From Eledone cirrhosa (Eukaryota): a stretch of 64,000 bases of DNA. Below, one piece after another: positions 23,884 through 37,898 of this stretch (position 1 is the first letter of the stretch; each line of letters begins with the position of its first letter). Location: contig OZ024757.1 in assembly GCA_964016885.1 (NCBI GenBank), forward strand, positions 682,001 through 746,000, written 5' to 3'. The notes under the pieces were generated by a model. That model was not told where the DNA came from, did no database searches, and was given only the letters and a program-made list of their open reading frames with translations. The position numbers were made by a program, and so were the translations under genes.

Positions 23884-25593
23884 GTCATGAAAGTAACAGA
23901 AAGAGTTATAGCACAGCTGATTAAGGACCGGAGGAAAATAGACGAGATGCAATTTGGGTTTGTACCAGGAAGAGGCACCACTGATGCCCCCTTCCTTGTG
24001 AGGCAATTACAGGAAAAGTACCTAGCTAAAAGTAAGCCTCTCTACTTGGCATTTGTCGACCTTGAGAAAGCCTTTGACAGAGTTCCACGTGCTGTAATCT
24101 AGTGGGCTCTTAGAAAACTAGGAGTAGATGAATGGCTTGTGAAAGCGGTACAAGCCATGTATAAGGGAGCAGTCAGCAAAGTTAGGATTAGCAATGAGTA
24201 TAGCGAGGAATTTAGCGTACAGGTTGGGGGCCACCAGGGCTCTGTTCTTAGCCCTCTCCTGTTCATCATAGTCCTGCAGGCAATAATGGAGGAGTTTAAG
24301 ACCGGATGCCCATGGGAACTCCTGTATGCTGATGACCTCGCACTCATAGCTGAATCTATGGTAGAACTAGAGAATAAATTCCAAACTTGGAAGCAGGGAC
24401 TAGAAAGAAAGGGTCTCAAAGTCAACATGACAAAGACTAAGGTCCTTGTAAGTAGACGAGAAAACAGAACCCAGATCCCCTCAGGGAAATGGCCTTGCTC
24501 AGTATGTAGGAAAGGTGTAGGTAGCAACTCCATTCTCTGCCCCAAATGCAAACAATGGGTACACAAGAGATGTAGCGGGATCTCAGGAAGCTTAATTAAG
24601 AATATAGGATTCACATGCAGCAGCTGTGCTGAGACAGCAAGCAGCAAACAGCCACAGGAATCAAGTACCACCAATCTCTGGGAGGGCCCTGTAGAAACAG
24701 TAGACAGCTTCTGCTACCTAGGTGACCGAATTAGCAACGGAGGTGGGTGTTCAGAAAGTACAATAACTAGGGTAAGAACGGGATGGAAGAAGTTTAGGGA
24801 ACTACTACCACTGCTAGCTGCAAAAGGCTTCTCCCTCAGAATGAAAGGCAGACTGTATGATGCGTGTATCCGAACAGCGATGCTGCATGGTAGTGAGACC
24901 TGGGCGCTGAAGGTGGAAGACTTACGTAGATTAGAGAGAAACGAAGCCTGCATGCTCCGATGGATGTGTAACAGTAATATACGTGAACGACAAATCATAA
25001 ATGAATTGAGAGAGAGACTGAGCATAAGAGGAATCAAATGCTGTATGCAGGAGAGGCGGTTGCGCTGGTATGGACATGTGATGCGTATGAAGGATGACAG
25101 CTGCATAAAAAGGTGCAGAGCACTAGAAGTTGATGGAAACCGCGGAGTGGGGAGACCCAAGATGACCTGGGATGAGGTGATAAAAGCTGACCTTACCCAA
25201 TTACACCTCTCAAAGACAATGACATACGACCGTGACTTCTGGCGTCACGCAGTAATACAGAGTACCCAACCTCCCATGGGTACAAGCTGAAGCATATAGA
25301 CAATATGCCCCCACACCCTCCACCGCAAGGTGGTCGTGGAGGTGCCACGGCAAAAAAAGCACCCAGCCCACACTGTAAAGTGGACGTGTAGGCGCCACGA
25401 AAAAGCACCCAGCACTCACTGTAAATGAGGTTGGTGTTAGGAAGGGCATCCAGCTGTAGAAATCAAGCCAGATCAGTTCCTGTATGAGCAAGGCATGGTC
25501 AGCCGACCAGACACTGCCCACAACAGGACAACCCGTCTAACCCATGCTAGCGTGGAAGAACGGACGTAAAACGGTGATGATGATGATGATGAT
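23884..25593 (+). mobile_element. 5'-truncated RTE LINE with (GAT)n tail
   Basis: ORF with one stop (24100-24102) then 383 aa open: HQGSVLSPLLF, YADD, C4HC3 finger, RRLRWYGHV; then 3' UTR and gatgatgat tail. Inserted in the minisatellite. Confidence 0.95.
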
Positions 25594-25792
25594 ATATATA
25601 TATATATATATATATTGACATTACACAAGGTTGTATAATGTAATATATATATGTCTGTATATATATATAGACATTACACAAGGTTGTATAATGTAATATA
25701 TATATGTCTGTATATATATATAGACATTACACAAGGTTGTATAATGTAATATTGACATATGTATATATATGTCTGTATATATAGACATCACA

Positions 25793-28030
25793 CATCATCA
25801 TCATTTTACGTCTGCTTTTCCCTGCTTGCAAGGGTGGGACGGGTCTTATTCAGCACAGCATCTCTCCACTCGTCACGGTCCCTCGTCATCTCCACCGTGA
25901 GCTTCAATGATCTGAGGTCTGTTCTCACCACCTCCGCCCATGTTTTTCGTGGTCTACCTCTACCACGTCTTCCTTCAACTGGCATTTCCTGGCACTTCTT
26001 CACCCATCGGTCATCCTCCATGCACATCACATGTCCATACCACCTCAGTCTCCTCTCCCGTACACTACATTCTATCCCTCTCAGACACAGTTTCTCTCTC
26101 AACACATTTATGCTGGGTCGTTCACGCACATTTACACTGCACATCCAACGGAGCATGCTTGCCTCATTTCTCTTCAACCGTCGCATATCCTCTGCAGTTG
26201 CTGCCCATGTCTCACTACCATGCAGCATCGCGCTCCTCACACAGGCATCATACAACCGGCCTTATTCTAGATACTATGGCCTCGGAACACCCTCCTCCCA
26301 TGCTAATCTGATCTCCTAGGTACCGGAAGCTATCCACCACTATAGCGCCCTCTTGCATTTGAAAAATGTGTCTATCAGTGCGACTTCTACTGTCTAATTT
26401 CCCTGTACATCTACTGCATACATATGTTAGTTTGCCTGCTATCCCGCTACATCTCTTGTACCCAGGATCTGCATTGTGTGCATTTTATAGAATTTATGCC
26501 AGTTCCTTTTCTGCATATCGAACATAGCCATTTCCCTGACGGAATCAGGGTTTTGTCCTCTTTTTTACTCATCAACACTTTTGTCTTAGCTAGATTCACT
26601 CTCAGTCCTCTTGCTTCCAACTGCTGTTTCCATAGCCAGAATTTATTCTCTAGCTCCTCTACTGATTCTGCTATAAGAACCAGATCGTCAGCATAGAGAA
26701 GTTCCCATGGACAGCCAGTCTTAAACTACTCTGTTATGGCTTGGAGGACTATAATGAACAAGAGTGGGCTGAGGACCGAACCCTGATGTACTCCTACTTG
26801 TATCTGGAATTCCTCACTAAACTCCATTCCTACCCTGACTTTACTGAGAGTACCTCTGTACAAAGTTTGCACTGCCCTCGCAAGCCATTCCTCAACACCT
26901 AGCTTCCTTAGGGACCACCAGATGACAGATCGGGGTACCCTATCAAAGGCCTTCTCTAGGTCAACAAAGGCTAAGTATAGTGGCTTATTCTTCTCTAAGA
27001 ACCTCTCTTGCAATTGTCTCACCAAGAAGAGGGCATCTGTTGTACTCTTCCCAGGCACAAAACCAAACTGCATCTCATCTAATTTGACCCTTTCTCTAAT
27101 TAGTTGTGCTAAAATCCTTTCTGCCACTTTCATAACCTGTTCTATCAGTTTTATACCCCTATAATTGCTCCTCTCCAAAGCATCCCCTTTACCTTTGTAG
27201 CAATTTATGAGAATACTGCTGCACCAGTGTTTGGGTATGACACCACCATATATAGCCTGATCGATGATGCATGCAACCAGTTTAGTGCCTACGTCCCCTG
27301 ATGCCTTCCGCATCTCAGCAACTATTCCCGATGGTCCGGCCGCGTTACCATTTTTCATTTCCCTAATCGCCTCTTGGACCCTATATTCGTCAATCTCAAT
27401 AGCTGGTCCCTCTGTCGGATCTACCAAGGGTAATTTCTCTCTCTCCCATTCGTTCTCCACATTCATCAGTCTCTCATAATGACATTCCAGGCCTCCTTTT
27501 TCTGATCATTCGTGACACTAAGTACACCGGCATCATTTCGCACACATTTATCTCCAACAACATCCTGATTTGCATTGACACACTGCCTTGCAATGTGGAA
27601 CACTGCACTTCTCTGATCTTCCCGTCGCAGAACATTGGCAAACCTCCTACTCTCTGCCTCCCTGCGTGCTAAGTACACCTGACGTCTAGCTTCTCTCTTA
27701 GTGGCTGTATATTCTTCCCTACTCCCACCCTTTTTCCAAGCTTTCATGCTAGTCTTTTGTCTCTAATAGCCTTATCTACTGTGCTGTTCCACCACCAGGT
27801 CACTCTCTGTCTGGTTGGAGCTCTGCTCCAGCCACAGGTTTCATCAGTAGCCTGCAGCAAGTTGTCACGGAAGAAGTTCCAGTTATTATCTATGTCATAC
27901 GTCTCTAAATCGTCTTCTTTTTCGTCATATACATCTTGAAGGGCTTTCCTAAATTTGTATTTTAGTGAAAGGTCTTTTAGCTTCCAGACCTTTCTTCTCC
28001 ACACCTTCCTATATGTCTCATTCCATCTCA
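25793..28030 (-). mobile_element. 5'-truncated RTE LINE, second subfamily
   Basis: ORFs 27744-28085, 27466-27747, 26726-27466 and 25806-26255 are RT pieces; (CAT)n tail at 25793; the minisatellite flanks both sides. Confidence 0.93.
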
Positions 28031-28905
28031 TACACAAGGTTGTATAATGTAACATATGTATATTTATGTCTATATATATAGACATTACACAAAGTTATAT
28101 AATGTAATATATATATATATGTCTGTATATAGAGACATTACACAAGGTTGTATAATGTAATATTGACATATGTATATATATGTCTGTATATATAGACATC
28201 ACACAAGGTTGTATAATGTAACATATATATATATTTATGTCTATATATATAGACATTACACAAGGTTATAAAATGTAATATATATATATATGTCTGTATA
28301 TATAGACATTACAGACGGTTGTACAATGTAATATTGACATATGTATATATGTCTGTATATATAGATATCATACAAGGTTGTATGATGTAATATTGATAAC
28401 AAATTAAAAAACTAAAGTAAGTTGATTTTTCAATTAAAGGTCTATATCTAGAGATTATTGATGTAAAAGTCTAAAATTTTCTCTAATAGATCTATCTCTA
28501 GTATTTAAGTATTCTCTATTATCTCATACTGTTTCTTTCTTATTTCAGAATACCAGATGACATTGGGATAAATTTTTAAACCTTGGATACATCAACATTT
28601 ATCATCAAAGACTAAAGTGTTTTATACAGAACTGATATAACACTGTTTATATAAATCTATGACTGACTTAGTGTACAATATTTCATCAGAAGTGAGTTTA
28701 TTGGCAAATGTTCGTTTCTTCACTATCTCGAATGAAGATTTTGTATTTTAATTAAACTTGGATGACAAAGAAGTTTTCATAATCTTCAGATATTAACTGA
28801 GATCAAAGTTGATAGAAATATAGAATCAGACAATATTTCTAGAAATATAATATAAATAAAACACAAGAAAAACGTCTATATACTTTGGTGAGAAGAAGAA
28901 ACATT

Positions 28906-30435
28906 ATGGAAAATAAGTTGGGTGAAAAGAAGGTTAAATGTGAAACATTGCCTAAAGGTATTAGTATTCCTAATGAGATAACAAAGAATAGAGGAGAGAA
29001 GCCATACCATTGTGATATCTGTGGTAAATCATTCTCTCAGAAAGGACACTTAACAAGACACAATCTCATCCATACAGGAGAGAAACCATACCATTGTAAT
29101 ATCTGTGGTAAATCATTCTCTCGAGATAATGTCTTCACAAATCACAAACGTATTCATACAGGAGAGAAACCATACCACTGTGATATCTGTGGTAAATCAT
29201 TTTCAAAGAAAGGAAACTTATTAACACACAATCTTACTCATACAGGAGAGAAGCCATACCATTGTAATATCTGTGGTAAGTCATTTTCACAGAAAGGAAG
29301 CTTATTAACACACAATCTTACTCATACAGGAGAGAAACCATACCACTGTGATATCTGTGGTAAATCATTCTCTCTGAAAAGACACTTAACAACACACAAT
29401 CTCATCCATACAGGAGAGAAACCATACCATTGTAATATCTGTGGTAAATCATTCTCTCAAAATAATGCCTTAACAAATCACAAACGTGTTCATACAGGAG
29501 AGAAACCATACCAGTGTGATATCTGTGGTAAATCATTCTCTCAGAAAGTACACTCAGCAACACACAATCTCATCCATACAGGAGTGAAGCCCTATCACTG
29601 TGATATCTGTGGTAAATCATTCTCTCTGAAAAGACACTTAACAACACACAATCTCATCCATACAGGAGAGAAACCATACCATTGTAATATCTGTGGTAAA
29701 TCATTCTCTCAAAATAATGTCTTAACAAATCACAAACGTATTCATACAGGAGAGAAACCATACCACTGTGATATCTGTGGTAAAGCATTCTCTCTGAAAG
29801 GACACTTAACAACACACAATCTCATCCATACAGGAGAGAAACCATTCCACTGTGATATCTGTGGTAAATCATTTTCAAAGAAAGGAAACTTATTAACACA
29901 CAATCTTACTCATACAGGAGAGAAGCCATACCATTGTAATATCTGTGGTAAGTCATTTTCACAGAAAGGAAGCTTATTAACACACAATCTTACTCATACA
30001 GGAGAGAAACCATACCACTGTGATATCTGTGGTAAATCATTCTCTCTGAAAAGACACTTAACAACACACAATGTCATCCATACAGGAGAGAAACCATACC
30101 ATTGTAATATCTGTGGTAAGTCATTTTCACAGAAAGGAAGCTTATTAACACACAATCTTACTCATACAGGAGAGAAGCCATACCATTGTAATATCTGTGG
30201 TAAATCATTTTCACAGAAAGGACACTTATTAGCACACAATCTTACTCATACAGGAGAGAAGCCATACCATTGTAATATCTGTGGTAAGTCATTTTCACAG
30301 AAAGGAAGCATATTAACACACAATCTTACTCATACAGGAGAGAAACCATACTACTGTGATATCTGTGGTAAATTATTCTCTCTGGAAGGACATTTAACAA
30401 CACACAATCTCATCCATATAGGAGAGAAACCATAG
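28906..30435 (+). CDS. Tandem C2H2 zinc-finger protein, 17 fingers, 509 aa, no recognisable KRAB/ZAD-type effector domain
   Basis: ATG at 28906 (the ORF-track start at 28885 is TTG). 33-aa leader then 17 x 28-aa CxxC..HxxxH-TGEKP units. Strong acceptor AG at 28547-28548; AATAAA at 31517. Confidence 0.92.
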   Translation: MENKLGEKKVKCETLPKGISIPNEITKNRGEKPYHCDICGKSFSQKGHLTRHNLIHTGEKPYHCNICGKSFSRDNVFTNHKRIHTGEKPYHCDICGKSFSKKGNLLTHNLTHTGEKPYHCNICGKSFSQKGSLLTHNLTHTGEKPYHCDICGKSFSLKRHLTTHNLIHTGEKPYHCNICGKSFSQNNALTNHKRVHTGEKPYQCDICGKSFSQKVHSATHNLIHTGVKPYHCDICGKSFSLKRHLTTHNLIHTGEKPYHCNICGKSFSQNNVLTNHKRIHTGEKPYHCDICGKAFSLKGHLTTHNLIHTGEKPFHCDICGKSFSKKGNLLTHNLTHTGEKPYHCNICGKSFSQKGSLLTHNLTHTGEKPYHCDICGKSFSLKRHLTTHNVIHTGEKPYHCNICGKSFSQKGSLLTHNLTHTGEKPYHCNICGKSFSQKGHLLAHNLTHTGEKPYHCNICGKSFSQKGSILTHNLTHTGEKPYYCDICGKLFSLEGHLTTHNLIHIGEKP

Positions 30436-31420
<985 letters not shown>

Positions 31421-31649
31421 CTCCTGTAAAAGTTTAATGAAACACAAACGCAATAAGACAAGATAAAAACCACACCAGTCACCCAGGATTGTGCCACCTA
31501 TGTTGTAAATGTTCATAATAAAACTGGTTTACTAAAAAATTACCCTCCTCTCAGTTTATTTGTAGAAGATCTAACCAAGACTTGTGTTGAAACTACTGTA
31601 TGGTATAGAATTTACTAATTTAGTCAATTTATTATCAAAGTTGAATATG

Positions 31650-32840
31650 TTCCCGAATGAATAGAAGGGATCACACACAGTTAACCCTGTAAAATGGTAA
31701 ATAACTGAAAAGAGAGACTACCTCCAACTAACCCCAAAGAGGGACCAGCTATTGAAATAGATAGTTATAGGGTCAAAGAAGCAATCAAGGGGAATAAAAA
31801 TGGTAAAGCTGCTGTTCCATTAGAAATAACTGAGATGTTGAAAGATTCTGGGGAAGTAGATGTCAAACTAGTTACGTACATAGTCAATCAGATAATATAG
31901 GATGGGGCCATAACCAATAACTGACATAGTAGTATACTAATATAATGCTATAAAGGAAAAGGTGAGGTACTAGAAAGGAGCAACTACTCAGGCATGAAAC
32001 TAATGGAACAAGTAATGGAAATGTGAGAAAGAGTTTTAATACAACTACTTAGAGAAATAATCAAATTAGATGAGATGTTAGATTTTATGCCAGGGAGAAG
32101 TACTACAGATATACTCTTTTCTTAATGACAAAACTACAAGAGAAGTTACTAGCTAAGAATAAGCCTCTGTATCTAAATATTGTTCATGTGGAGAAGTCCT
32201 TTGACAGAGTATCTATCTGTCATCTGGTGGTCCTTAAGGAAACTAGGTGTAGGAGAATGCCTTGTAAGAGAAGTGCAAGCTATGTGCAGAGAAACTGTTA
32301 GTAAAGTGAGTTTGGTTCTGAGTTTAGTGTGGAAATGTACAGGTAGGAGTCCATCAGAGTTCAGTCCTCAGCCCAATCCTGTTTATCATTATCCTTCAGG
32401 CCATCATTAAGCAGTTTAACATTGGCAATCCCTGGGACGTCCTATGTGCTGATGATGTAGTACTCATAGCTGAATCTGTAGGAAAGTTAGGGACGAAATT
32501 TCAAGCATGGAAGAAGAACCAAAAGGTGAAAGGACTAAAAGTAAACTTAGCAAGCATACAATGTATGTAATGTTAGTGTGCATGAGTGAAATAGCATAAG
32601 CAGAATTTGGCATAAGAGGAATTGGATAGAGTGTGCAAGAGAGAAGATTGTGTTGGTATGGCAAATAGAAGGTGGATAAAGAAATACAGAGAAACCCCAG
32701 TAGCTAGGACCCTTGGAAGAGGTAGACCCAGGAAGACATGGTATGAGGTTGTGAAGACTGACCTTATAAAACTAAACCTCACAACAGAAATGATAAAAGC
32801 CCATAACTGCTAGTACTATGTTGTGCAAATGAAGACCTCA
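31650..32840 (+). mobile_element. Old, heavily decayed RTE LINE fragment
   Basis: Remnants EGPAIEID, VIWWSLRKLGV.E and GRGRPRKTW with many stops. Confidence 0.85.
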
Positions 32841-33111
32841 TTAACAACATTGAATGTGGCCTAACTTCTCATGTCCCCTTCACATCTTCCACTAACACGC
32901 CCTAACATCTATGTTCACCATCATTACACACCTAGAATCGTCAGCTGCTGCCCCCTTAAAAGCCCTTAGATACCCCCATTATCATGCCCTGGTTGTTACT
33001 CTCTTCCCTTTATACCCTTCACACTGGCTGCTGCACTCTCTACCCCCCCCCCCCCATGGCTCCATATGTATTCATTTCCTTTCTACTGACACCCCGTCCT
33101 TAGATCCCCTC

Positions 33112-33550
33112 TCTATCTCACCCTAGTAGCTACAGTCTTCACCCTAATGTCACTATCTCACCCTAGTAGCTACTGTCTTCACCCCAATGTCAGTCTCACC
33201 CTAGTAGCTACTGTCTCCATCCTAATGTCACTATCTCACACTAGTAGCTATTGTCTCCACCCCAATGTCACTATCTCACCCTAGTAACTACTGTCTCCAC
33301 CCCAATGTCACTATCTCAACCTTGTATCTACTGACGTCACCCCAATGTCACTATCTCACCCTAGTAGCCTCTGTCTTCACCCCAATGTCACTATCTCACC
33401 CTAGTAGCTATTGTCTTCACCCCAATGTCACTATCTCACCTTAGTAGCTATTGTCTTCACCCCAATGTCACTATCGCACCCTAGTAGCTACTGTCTTCAC
33501 ACCAATGTCACTATCTCACCCTAGTAGCTATTGTCTTCACCCCAATGTCA
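33112..33550. repeat. 40-bp minisatellite, ~11 copies
   Basis: Unit ctatctcaccctagtagctactgtcttcaccccaatgtca. Confidence 0.95.
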
Positions 33551-33654
33551 CGAGGCATGAAGTATAGGTTAGAAGAGAAGAATTTAATCAAAGTCTATTC
33601 TTTAACCCATGTTTCAATACAATATCAGTCTACAACTGCTGGTTACATATTATT

Positions 33655-34216
33655 AGTATCGGTAGAGGGTCGGACGCCATGTTTTGACGCATAGAGTTAC
33701 GGTCCTTGCCATTCTGAGTTCAAATCCCGCCGAGGTTAACTTTGCCTTTCATCCTTTCGGGGTCGATAAAATAAAGTACCAGTAATGCACTGGGTAATTG
33801 CTGGCCTTGTGCCAAATGTAGAAACAATTATTATGCACAATTGACAGTATCGGTAGAGTGTTGGAAGCCATGCTTTCTAGCATAGTTACATCCCTTTATG
33901 GTCTGAGTTCAAATCCTGCCAAGGTTAAATTTGCCTTTCATCCTTACGGGGGTCGATAAAATAAAGTACCAGTAATGTACTGATTAATTGCTGGCCTTGT
34001 GCCTAAAGTAGAAATTATTATTATGCACATTCAGCGGTGGATTGGCAGTATCAGTAGAGTCAGGCGCCATGCTTTGCAGCAAAGAGTTACGGCCCTTTAT
34101 GGTCTGATTTCAAATCCCGCGAAGGTTAACGTAGCCTTTCATCATTATGGGGTCGATAAAATAAAGTACCAGTAATGTACTGGTTAATTGCTGGCCTTGT
34201 GCCAAAAGTAGAAACA
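33655..34216 (+). mobile_element. Tandem trimer of the tRNA-derived SINE, present only in unit 2
   Basis: Three ~175-bp units, each followed by attattatgcaca. The empty site is at ~2785-2795. Confidence 0.88.
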
Positions 34217-34686
34217 ATTATTATGCACATTCACTAGCTATATATAAAATACTACATTTCATCAGAAAGATTTCAAAGTTCGAGGTGAGGTCGCTGCATC
34301 TTACAATATACAAAGACCATGTCGAGAAAAATACTTTGGTAAGCAATCTTACTTATTTTCATTTGTACACTGATCCACACATCAAATTTTATCCATACAT
34401 ATCTTTATATATATATATATATAATGAAGGAAGTGTGGTAAGGAACCAGGTGGACCATAATGCACCAGAGTACTCGATACTTAGGGTTCTGGCCGTTTTG
34501 ACAGCTGGATCTGAACTAGCTGTCAAAACGGCCAGAACTCAGCCGTCGGGGTCCTGACTCTTTTCCCATATATATATATAATATGTGTGTGTGTGTGTAT
34601 GTGTGAATTTACTACATCTAAGATATACGGCATGTTTAATAAATAAACATTTTGAAAGCCTCAGTTATAAATAGAAGACTGACAGC

Positions 34687-34702
34687 CAGTGCCATCTGGT
34701 GG
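34687..34702 (-). promoter_or_regulatory. CTCF-type motif, unit 2 copy
   Basis: CCACCAGATGGCACTG; a CpG/TpG difference relative to unit 1. Confidence 0.55.
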
Positions 34703-37118
34703 AATTCAGCAAAGGCAAGGAGTATATTTGTCTCTGCATTTCAAACTAAAATGGTTCTCGTCATCACAGTGCTTACCTCTGCCTACAGCTGGACTTTGAG
34801 ACGGGTGAAAATATATAGTTTTTTCACCTGTGTAAATGACTAATTAGCCTCATTTACAATCAACATAGCTGACACTAAAGCAACAAACACAAGCTTCAGT
34901 ATTGAACGTCTCTCTCTCTCCTATATGACAAGTGGTACTACTAAAACCAGTAAACAACACCTGTTCAATCAACATTAACCAACAACACACACCTGCTTTA
35001 ATATCAACATCTGCTCTCTCCTCTATTGGCTGCAGCACATTTTGTCATACATACTTTATATCTCTTCTGTGTGTATGTCATATCTACTTAATATTTAGCC
35101 CTTGAACAAAAACACCTCCATACAGTTTCAGGGTATTGTGTTTGTATTTTAACACACTCTAAGGTAGGTAACTCTAAGTCATGTTTGTAGTTGGTGGTGG
35201 TGGTGGCACTGTTGACATCTTACTGTTACCATGACTACCAATGTTATTTTCCCAAACTCAATGTTTCTAGATATAAGTTGGAAACCAGAGGCAACAAAGT
35301 GGAGTTCCAGCTAGATCCTGTCAACCAAAACTCCATGTGACTTAATTGACCTGGATTGGGCCTGGCCCCTATAAAGTGTAAGCAGTTAAGGACTGAAACA
35401 CTTGTGTGAGAGGTGTTTCTTCTCTGAAGAACTTCTGCTATCCAGCTCTCTTGAGAGTTTCTTACCACTATCTTCTTCATATCTTTTCCCTGTGTATGTA
35501 TATATGCCACATTTTCTTCTATAGCTCCATGTATATATATATATATGTGTGGGTGTGTTAGCCTCACATTAAATTTTGGGTCTTTATTGAATTTATAAAA
35601 ACACTACTAAAAATATCACATGTGGAACCTGTAATATTTTTTTACATATTCATTTCTGTTAGTTTTTGGTTGTTGTTTCTGAAAAATAACTGAAAGTGAG
35701 TCCTCAATCAATGGAATTTGACTCCAACAGAACTAGTTCTGGCTTGGTTTTTATGGTGAATGTCCTTCCTAACGCCAAATATATTTAGCGTGTGCAGTTG
35801 GTGATCTTTGTCATGACACCTACACAACCACTTTACAATTTGGGTTGGGCGCTTTTTGTCATGTCACACATGACCACTTTACTGTGTTTATATATGTATA
35901 TAACATGTATATCAAAATATGTCTTCACTTATAAATATATAAAGTATATAGCAAGAGTGAGAGAAATTCAATCCTATTTCCCGAATGCAGACTCTGGGAC
36001 ACAAGAGATGTACAAGGTAAGTTAACTAAGAACGTAGGTTTTATATGTGGTCATTGTATTGGAACAGTAAACAGCAATCACTCTCAGGGGACAAGCTCTA
36101 TGAAATTCTTTGAGGGTTCTATAGAACAGTTGACAGATTCTGTTACCTGGGTGACCTAATCAACAGTGAAGGTAGGTGTTCTGAAAGTACAGTAACCAGA
36201 GTAAGAAGGGGATGGCAAAGTTCAGGGTGCTACTACAGCAAATAGCTACATTTAGTGGTCTAAAGTATGCATCACTTCTCCCCCTCCACACACCATAACC
36301 CTACCATTCCTTAACACCCCACCACCTTCCAGCTCAGTACCCCACACTGACCTACCTCTCCAATCCACACCCTACATACACACCCCAACACCATTTTCCA
36401 CCTCTAATGCACCTCTCTTAACCAACCAATGTAGTCAAGTATAGAAAGCTTAACATGCTCTCCCACAATGCTGCTGAAATGGCTAAAAGCCCTCAGTCCA
36501 CCCTCAGTAAGGTTGTCATACAGGTGTTATGACAAAACAGCAGCTAACCTTCCCTGTAAGGTAGATGTGCTGGTGACATGACAAATAAGTAATCAGTCCA
36601 CCCTGTGAGGTGGTCATGTTGGGGACATGACAGAAGGTACCCAGCTCATTTTGTAAAGTGGTCATGTTAGTGGCAAGACAGATGGCACTTGAACTGCCCT
36701 GATGAGCACACAAGTTGGTGACATGACAAAGAGCACCTACTCTGCCTTCTAAGGTGGTGGTGGTTGTTGTGATGGTGACACAACAATAGTACCCAGTCCA
36801 CCCTATAGAGTGGTCATGTTAGTGACATGAGACAACAATAACTGCACAGTCCACCTTGTAAATGTGGTTGGTGTTAGGAAGACCATCCAGCAATAGAAAC
36901 CAAGGCAGAAATGGTTTGTGAGCAAGAAATGGTCGTCTGATCTGACTTGTTTCACAACAGGACGACTAGTCTGACCCATGCTATCGTATATATATATGTA
37001 TATATATTTATATATACATATTCATACATTCATATCTAAATATATGTATATAAACTTTGTTGGTCATTCATGACAGAGTGAGTTCGTCAATGTATGTATA
37101 TATATATATATGTATGTT

Positions 37119-37162
<44 letters not shown>

Positions 37163-37289
37163 CAAAGGGATATTTAATTTGTTGGTAATTCAACAGATAT
37201 ATTTATAACAGATTCAGAGCACTCGACTGGTTTTCTGGAGTATAATATCAATGATATTAATAAATGGAAACTATTTATAAAACCATATT

Positions 37290-37352
37290 TATTCTATTAT
37301 ATATATATTTCAAGGGTACCAAAACTTTGGTACGCTCTCATCAGATAAAATA
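37290..37352 (-). ncRNA. Minimal hammerhead motif, unit 2 copy of 5905-5967
   Basis: Same sequence as unit 1. Confidence 0.65.
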
Positions 37353-37898
37353 CAAAGTTTGTTTTATAAATAGTGACATACCCACGAATGAGACTTCACC
37401 GGTTCAAGTTCCGTCTGGAACTTGAACCGTTAAGGTCTGATTCTTGAAATATATATAATAGAATAAATATGGCTATATAAATATAGCTTCCATTTATTAA
37501 TATCATTGATATATATATATAAAGAATCTCACTTTATTAACAAATACGGACCCCCGTCTAAACACTTCTTCCTAAGACGAACCCACAACATACACACGTT
37601 GTCATACATACCTACATCAGCATACATCCTACATACATTTCTATCCACATATAAACACAATGACATACGTAAACACACGTTCTATGGCGCAACACAAATA
37701 TACACAAATTCGCATACCTTTTGATGTTTATAGATATACATGTGCCGACATGCACACATACGCATACACACACATGTATTGAACATTGATGGGTGCATAC
37801 ATATTTGTACACAAGTATCCCATACGGCAGGGCCCCATCGATTCCCCTTGCAGTACGTCCAATTTGGACTCACACACGCCTTGTTGTTATGACAATAC

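Noticed and set aside
28675-28795. CTGATGA/CTGAAGA on the - strand of the ZNF 5' UTR
   Set aside because: No stem II or stem I complementarity; chance matches.
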